Source: Pontiella sp. (lineage in GTDB: Bacteria > Verrucomicrobiota > Kiritimatiellia > Kiritimatiellales > Pontiellaceae). Taken from it: DNA of 64,000 bases. The notes below the pieces were generated by a model that worked only from the letters and a program-made list of their open reading frames with translations, made no database searches and had not been told where the DNA came from. Both the position numbers and the translations under genes were made by a program. The stretch lies in assembly GCA_050290185.1 (NCBI GenBank), contig JBNKHE010000005.1, positions 96,001 through 160,000 of the forward strand, in the 5' to 3' direction. Of this stretch, positions 59,114-64,000 are shown in pieces (the first letter of the stretch is position 1; every line of letters begins with the position of its first letter).

Positions 59114-59258
59114 GTTTAGAAAAGTAGCAAAACTGGTCTCAACCGGAAGAAGAATCGACCGGTTCAAATATCCGTAAGTCCGTTTATTTTCGGCGTTTAA
59201 AATACCGACCAAACGGTTGCGTTTCTATTTTTATAATTTTTTTCTTCACTTCCCATGC

Positions 59259-59306
59259 TGGCAATATATTGTGCGATAGTTCTCGGGAGGGCACTACATA
59301 TTGTGC
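59259..59306 (+). promoter_or_regulatory. Tandem NrdR boxes
   Basis: TGGCAATATATTGTGC (59259) and GCACTACATATTGTGC (59291) match acaCwAtATaTwGtg; 32-nt spacing, directly upstream of the RNR gene. Confidence 0.85.
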
Positions 59307-59380
59307 TTTCAGGTTATTCGTCATAACATCTCCCTCTGATTGTGAATTCGCAAAAAGCTTTAAATGAAAGGGATAAACGC

Positions 59381-61639
59381 ATGGTAATCAAGGTAAAAAA
59401 AAGGGATGCCGCGACAGTCGACTACGATGAAACAAAAATCTTCAGCGCCATTGAAAAGGCGGTAAAAAGTGCAACTCAAACGGACGAGAATGTACCGACG
59501 CATCTTCTGACCATCGTCAAGGACATTACCTCCAAGCTCGATAATATCATCAAGGGCTACGAACAGCGCGGCATGGATGAAGTGGATGTCGAACAGATTC
59601 AGGATCTGGTAGAGCAGCAATTGATGGGAGCCGGCCTCTATGATGTGGCCCGTGCCTACATTCTCTATCGCGAAGAGCACAAGAAGGCCCGTAATCAGCG
59701 TCTCCGTCCCGATGCCTCCGCCATCCAGGACTACATGCTGGCCAGCCGCTATGCCCGATTCCTCCCCGATCTGGGCCGCCGTGAAACCTTTCCCGAAGCG
59801 GTGGGCCGCGTTCGCGACATGCACCTGCGAACCTTCCCCGCTGCCGAAGAGGATATTCGCTGGGCTTTCGATCAGGTCATTGACAAGCGTTGCCTTCCTT
59901 CCATGCGCTCCATGCAGTTTGGCGGTCCCGCCATCGAGAAGAACCATGCCCGCATGTATAACTGCACCTTTGGTATCTGTGACCGCGTCGAGTTTTTCCG
60001 CGAAGGCCTCTACCTTTTACTTTGCGGTACCGGGGTAGGATTCAGCGTTGAGTTCGAGCATGTGGAAAAGCTTCCTGAACTCGCGCAGTCTATTGACGAG
60101 AGCAATGTCGTTCACTTTTCCATCCCCGATACGATTGAAGGGTGGGCGGATGCCATGCACGAACTGATGGTCAGCTACATTGAAGGCTATCTGGTCGAGT
60201 TCAACTATTCGAAGATCCGTTCGCGGGGCAGCTCCCTGAAAACCTCCGGCGGCCGTGCACCGGGCCACGTGCCGCTGCGTCGCGCACTCGAACGTTGCCG
60301 TCATATTCTGGATACGTCGCTGGGGCGCAAGCTTAAGCCGATTGAATGCTACGACCTGATGATGCACGCCGCCGATGCGGTTATTGCCGGCGGGGTTCGC
60401 CGCAGTGCAACCATCTGTCTTTTCTCGCCGGACGACGGTGAAATGATGAACGCCAAGCGGGGCAACTGGTTTAACGAAAATCCGCAACGCGGGCGCTCCA
60501 ACAACTCTGTAAAACTGATTCGAAATGAAACCTCCAAGGCCCAGTTCCTGCGAATCTTCCAGAAACAAAAGGAGTGGGGCGAACCTGGATTCTATTTCTC
60601 CAACGATCTATCGCATGGCTGCAATCCCTGCTGCGAGATCGGATTGAATCCGCACCTTGAAGTCAAGGATGCCGATGGAAACATCACCATCGAGTCCGGC
60701 TGGCAGTTCTGCAACCTGACCGAGATCAACGGCGCAAAACTGCTTACTGAAGAAGACTTCCGGACCGCCGTGCGCGCCGCGACGATCATCGGCACGTTAC
60801 AGGCCGGCTACACCACCTTCCCGTACCTTGGTGAAACCACAGAAAAGCTTTGCTGCCGCGAAGCGCTACTGGGGGTTTCCATCACGGGTATGATGGACTC
60901 GCCAACCGTTACACTTGATCCGATCATGCAGCAGAAGATGGCTAAGTATGCCATTGAGGTGAACCGCGAGATTTCGCTCAAGATCGGCACCGAGCCGGGA
61001 GCGCGACTGACCTGTGTCAAGCCTGCGGGCTCCACCTCGCTGCTGCTGGGTACCGCCTCCGGAATTCACCCGCGTCATGCCCGCCGGTACTTCCGCCGTG
61101 TACAGGCCAACAAGACGGACCCGGTATACAAGTTTTTCAATGCACAGAACCCACACATGTGCAACGAATCCGTCTGGAGCGCCAACAAGACCGACGACGT
61201 GATTACCTTCTGTGTTGAAGCACCGGAAGAAGCGATTATCCGCAACGAAATGTCTGCCATGGACTTGCTGAAGTATGTGCACTCCACCCAACAGAACTGG
61301 GTCATTCCCGGCACGGCCCGCCCGGAATCGAATCCCGGTCTCTATCACAACGTTTCCAACACCCTTACGGTGCAGGATGGCGAGTGGGATGATGTCGCGG
61401 AATATATCTGGGAAAATCGTGCCGATTTTACCGGAATCAGCATGCTGGCGGCTTCGGGAGACAAGGCCTATGCCCAGGCTCCGCACGAAGAGGTCGTGTC
61501 TGCACAGGATGAGACGCTATGGAACGAGCTGATCTCCAAATTCCAACAAGTCGACTACACCCAGATGCATGAGAAAGACGATGCTACCAACCTGCAGGGT
61601 GAAATCGCCTGTGCCGGCGGGGCCTGCGAGTTGGTGTAG
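59381..61639 (+). CDS. nrdJ: Class II (B12-dependent) ribonucleotide reductase with N-terminal ATP cone
   Basis: VKKRD...KI..AI...VEQIQDLVE..LM ATP cone; LPSMR, YNC, G.GVGFS, GGVRRSA, NPCCEI, FCNLTE, VKPAGS.S, terminal CAGGACE; no NrdB neighbour. Confidence 0.9.
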   Translation: MVIKVKKRDAATVDYDETKIFSAIEKAVKSATQTDENVPTHLLTIVKDITSKLDNIIKGYEQRGMDEVDVEQIQDLVEQQLMGAGLYDVARAYILYREEHKKARNQRLRPDASAIQDYMLASRYARFLPDLGRRETFPEAVGRVRDMHLRTFPAAEEDIRWAFDQVIDKRCLPSMRSMQFGGPAIEKNHARMYNCTFGICDRVEFFREGLYLLLCGTGVGFSVEFEHVEKLPELAQSIDESNVVHFSIPDTIEGWADAMHELMVSYIEGYLVEFNYSKIRSRGSSLKTSGGRAPGHVPLRRALERCRHILDTSLGRKLKPIECYDLMMHAADAVIAGGVRRSATICLFSPDDGEMMNAKRGNWFNENPQRGRSNNSVKLIRNETSKAQFLRIFQKQKEWGEPGFYFSNDLSHGCNPCCEIGLNPHLEVKDADGNITIESGWQFCNLTEINGAKLLTEEDFRTAVRAATIIGTLQAGYTTFPYLGETTEKLCCREALLGVSITGMMDSPTVTLDPIMQQKMAKYAIEVNREISLKIGTEPGARLTCVKPAGSTSLLLGTASGIHPRHARRYFRRVQANKTDPVYKFFNAQNPHMCNESVWSANKTDDVITFCVEAPEEAIIRNEMSAMDLLKYVHSTQQNWVIPGTARPESNPGLYHNVSNTLTVQDGEWDDVAEYIWENRADFTGISMLAASGDKAYAQAPHEEVVSAQDETLWNELISKFQQVDYTQMHEKDDATNLQGEIACAGGACELV

Positions 61640-61658
61640 GCACACAGCTCCGCAGGAT

Positions 61659-61695
61659 AAACGCGCTTCTTCGAAATGAGGAGGCGCGTTTTCTT
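61659..61695 (+). terminator. Rho-independent terminator after nrdJ
   Basis: AAACGCGCTTCTTC-GAAAT-GAGGAGGCGCGTTTTCTT. Confidence 0.75.
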
Positions 61696-61799
61696 GCTAT
61701 GGAACACCAAACGTGTTTCCTATCCGTGAAAATTTGGAGTGGCCATTCTGGTAAATCTATACCAAATTAGTGCCAATTTAATCGGGAGGCCGAATTTAG

Positions 61800-63980
61800 A
61801 TGAATGAATTTGTTCAACAACGCATAACGGATGCCGAAGCACTGGATATGCTGCAGAATATGTCCACGGCTGAGCTAATGGGCCGCGCCGATGCGATTCG
61901 ACGCGCTCGCCACGGCAATAAAACCTACTATGTCCACAGTCACAACCTCAATCCGACCAACCTGTGCGTGGTCGAATGCAACCTGTGCTCCTTCTGGCGT
62001 CCGGAAGGGGCCAAAGATGCCTACATTACCACCCTCGAAGATGCCCGTAAAAACCTGGAACGCGCCCAGAACTGGAACCTGACCGACCTGCATATCGTCG
62101 GCGGGATGATTCCCGAGCTGGATATTGAATATTACGAAAAGCTGTTTGCGCTCTCCCGAGAAATGCTTCCAGGGGTATTGCTGCAAGGCATGACCGCTGT
62201 GGAAATCCATTGGATTGCCGGCAATGCCGGCATCTCGATCAAGGAATGTCTGCAACGCTTGCAGGCTTGTGGTTTTGGTTCCATTTCCGGTGGCGGGGCG
62301 GAAATCTTCCATCCGGACATCCGCAAAAAGATCGCGACCACCAAAATTCTTGCCCAGCATTGGCTCGATGTACACCGCGAAGCCCATGGACTGGGTATCC
62401 CGACGAACGCCACCATGCTCTTCGGGCATATCGAAGAAGACTGGCATCTGATCGATCACCTTTCCCGACTGCGTGAACTGCAGGATGAGACCGGAGGATT
62501 CCAGGCCGCCATTCCCTTGCCGTTCCAGACCAATGGAACCGCGCTCGGCCTAAAATACGGGCCGTCCGGGGATCGGCAGATCCGTGTTGCAGCCATGACC
62601 CGCATCTACCTCGATAACTTTCCGCATGTCCGCATGCTGGTGAACTACATGGATCGCAAACTGCTCGGAGTTCTGACGCATAGCGGCGTCGACGATATCG
62701 GAGGAACGAGCCTCGAAGAGCGCATCGCCAAGGAAGGTGGCGCACCGCAGAGCCAGAAATTCTTCACCGCACAGGAAATGGAGGATTTTCTTTCCAACCT
62801 TGGACACACCCCGGTTTTGACCAACAGCGTTTATGCACAGGTGGAAGGTCAGCCCGATGTTAGTGCGCTTCCTGCGGCGCCCGTGGTCTCCAGCCGCTGG
62901 AAAACGATTCTCGATCGCGTTGAAGCCGGTGACCGGATCAATGCGGAAGACGCCGCGATTCTTTACCACGACGCTCCATTTCAGGAACTTGGCCGCGTAG
63001 CCGATATCTGCCGTCGCCGAACGGTTCCAGGCGATCTGGCCACCTATGTGTTCGACAAGAACCTGAACACGACCAATGTGTGCGTGGTGGATTGCAAGTT
63101 CTGCGCATTCTACACCAAGCAGGAAAAAGACAATGCCTACGTCAAGAGTCCGGAGGAGATTGTCGAACAAGTCAAGGCGGCGGCCGAAGCGGGTGCCACC
63201 CAGATTCTGATTCAGGGCGGGCTGCATCCTGATTTGAAACTCGACTATTACGAAGCGTGCCTGTCGGGTATCCGCGACAACGTCGATATCTGGATCCATT
63301 CCCTTTCGCCGACCGAAATTGAATTCATGGCCAAGATGGAACACATCTCCATCAAGGAATGTCTGCAACGCCTGAAGGATGCCGGATTGCAGTCCTTGCC
63401 GGGCGGTGGGGCGGAAATCCTCAATGATGAGGTCCGAAAACGGATCAGCCCGAAAAAGACGCGCTCCAAGGCGTGGCTGGATTTAATGGAAGATGCGCAT
63501 TCCATTGGGCTCAAGACGACCGCCACCATGGTTTATGGCTTTGGCGAAACCTATGAACAGCGCATTGAACATTTGATGAAGGTGCGCGACCTGCAGGATA
63601 AGACCGGTGGGTTTACGGCCTTCATTCCGTGGAGCTTTTCCCCGGACCATACCGATCTGGAATGTCCCCGCTTGCAGAACGGCGTGGATTATTTAAGGCT
63701 TATCGCGATGGCACGCATCATTCTCGACAATGTGCCGCATCTTCAGGCGGGATGGGTGACCGAAGGCCCCGACGTTTCCCAGCTGGCGCTTCAGTTTGGT
63801 GCCGACGACTATGGCGGAGTGCTGATGACCGAAGAGGTGGTAAGTGCCACGGGCGTGGACTACAAGGTAGACGAAGCGTTGGTCATACATCTCATTCGCG
63901 AGGCCGGTTGGGTGCCGGCCCAGCGGACGACGCAATATGATTTGATCAAGATTCACAGCGAAGAAATGATAGGAGCGTGA
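61800..63980 (+). CDS. Twin radical-SAM fusion: MqnE-like (N-terminal) plus MqnC-like (C-terminal), futalosine menaquinone pathway
   Basis: Two CxxxCxxC motifs (CVVECNLC; CVVDCKFC). N half has TAVEI, GGGAEIF, NATMLFGHIE; C half has QGGLHP, SPTEI, TTATM.YG.GET, GFTAFIPW, FGADDYG, EEVVSA.G. Confidence 0.88.
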   Translation: MNEFVQQRITDAEALDMLQNMSTAELMGRADAIRRARHGNKTYYVHSHNLNPTNLCVVECNLCSFWRPEGAKDAYITTLEDARKNLERAQNWNLTDLHIVGGMIPELDIEYYEKLFALSREMLPGVLLQGMTAVEIHWIAGNAGISIKECLQRLQACGFGSISGGGAEIFHPDIRKKIATTKILAQHWLDVHREAHGLGIPTNATMLFGHIEEDWHLIDHLSRLRELQDETGGFQAAIPLPFQTNGTALGLKYGPSGDRQIRVAAMTRIYLDNFPHVRMLVNYMDRKLLGVLTHSGVDDIGGTSLEERIAKEGGAPQSQKFFTAQEMEDFLSNLGHTPVLTNSVYAQVEGQPDVSALPAAPVVSSRWKTILDRVEAGDRINAEDAAILYHDAPFQELGRVADICRRRTVPGDLATYVFDKNLNTTNVCVVDCKFCAFYTKQEKDNAYVKSPEEIVEQVKAAAEAGATQILIQGGLHPDLKLDYYEACLSGIRDNVDIWIHSLSPTEIEFMAKMEHISIKECLQRLKDAGLQSLPGGGAEILNDEVRKRISPKKTRSKAWLDLMEDAHSIGLKTTATMVYGFGETYEQRIEHLMKVRDLQDKTGGFTAFIPWSFSPDHTDLECPRLQNGVDYLRLIAMARIILDNVPHLQAGWVTEGPDVSQLALQFGADDYGGVLMTEEVVSATGVDYKVDEALVIHLIREAGWVPAQRTTQYDLIKIHSEEMIGA

Positions 63981-64000
63981 TTGGTGACGATTGATTTCTG

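Noticed and set aside
59114..59380. Cobalamin riboswitch upstream of nrdJ
   Set aside because: No B12-box or GGGAA core pattern is visible; the space is occupied by promoters and NrdR boxes.
61800..63980. FbiC (CofG-CofH F420 synthase) assignment
   Set aside because: Both halves are CofH-like with MqnE- and MqnC-type motifs; the N half lacks CofG signatures.
1..64000. CRISPR array, prophage, intact IS or known defence system
   Set aside because: No spaced direct-repeat array, transposase, integrase or phage structural gene was recognised.

Overview
Bacterial chromosomal window, gene-dense, with no prophage, intact IS element or CRISPR array seen. Gene content and a Verrucomicrobia/Kiritimatiellota-style C-terminal domain suggest a PVC-group (Pontiella-like) organism; this is inference only. 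Order: recQ (5'-truncated), DEAD-box helicase, rnhA, DUF6172-like, RluA-family gene lacking the catalytic Asp, MscS, rapA; then an accessory patch of secreted hypotheticals, a VF530-like gene, an EthD remnant, a RIO1-like kinase, a second RNase H and an unannotated 40-aa basic peptide. Next come proS, bamD-like, lptD, an SGNH-hydrolase pseudogene, folE, cstA, two tandem NarX-type kinase-like genes, gcvT-gcvPA-gcvPB, a secreted Cys-rich peptide, folD, ferritin, cls, deoC, efp-epmA, murG-murC, uxuA and tRNA-Arg(CCT). The last third holds an 8-gene DeoR-led sugar operon containing a full 2-oxoacid/acetoin-dehydrogenase-type complex, two tandem TonB-anchor-like/PA14-like paralogs, a PLP desulfhydrase, class II RNR with two NrdR boxes, and an MqnE-MqnC fusion. 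Best candidates for new biology: (1) the complementary kinase pair, where one protein keeps only the phospho-His and the other only the ATP-binding boxes; (2) the sugar operon, which suggests an aldolase-free ketose-phosphate 'flip and oxidatively cleave' route to acyl-CoA. All family assignments are by motif recognition; no database searches were run.
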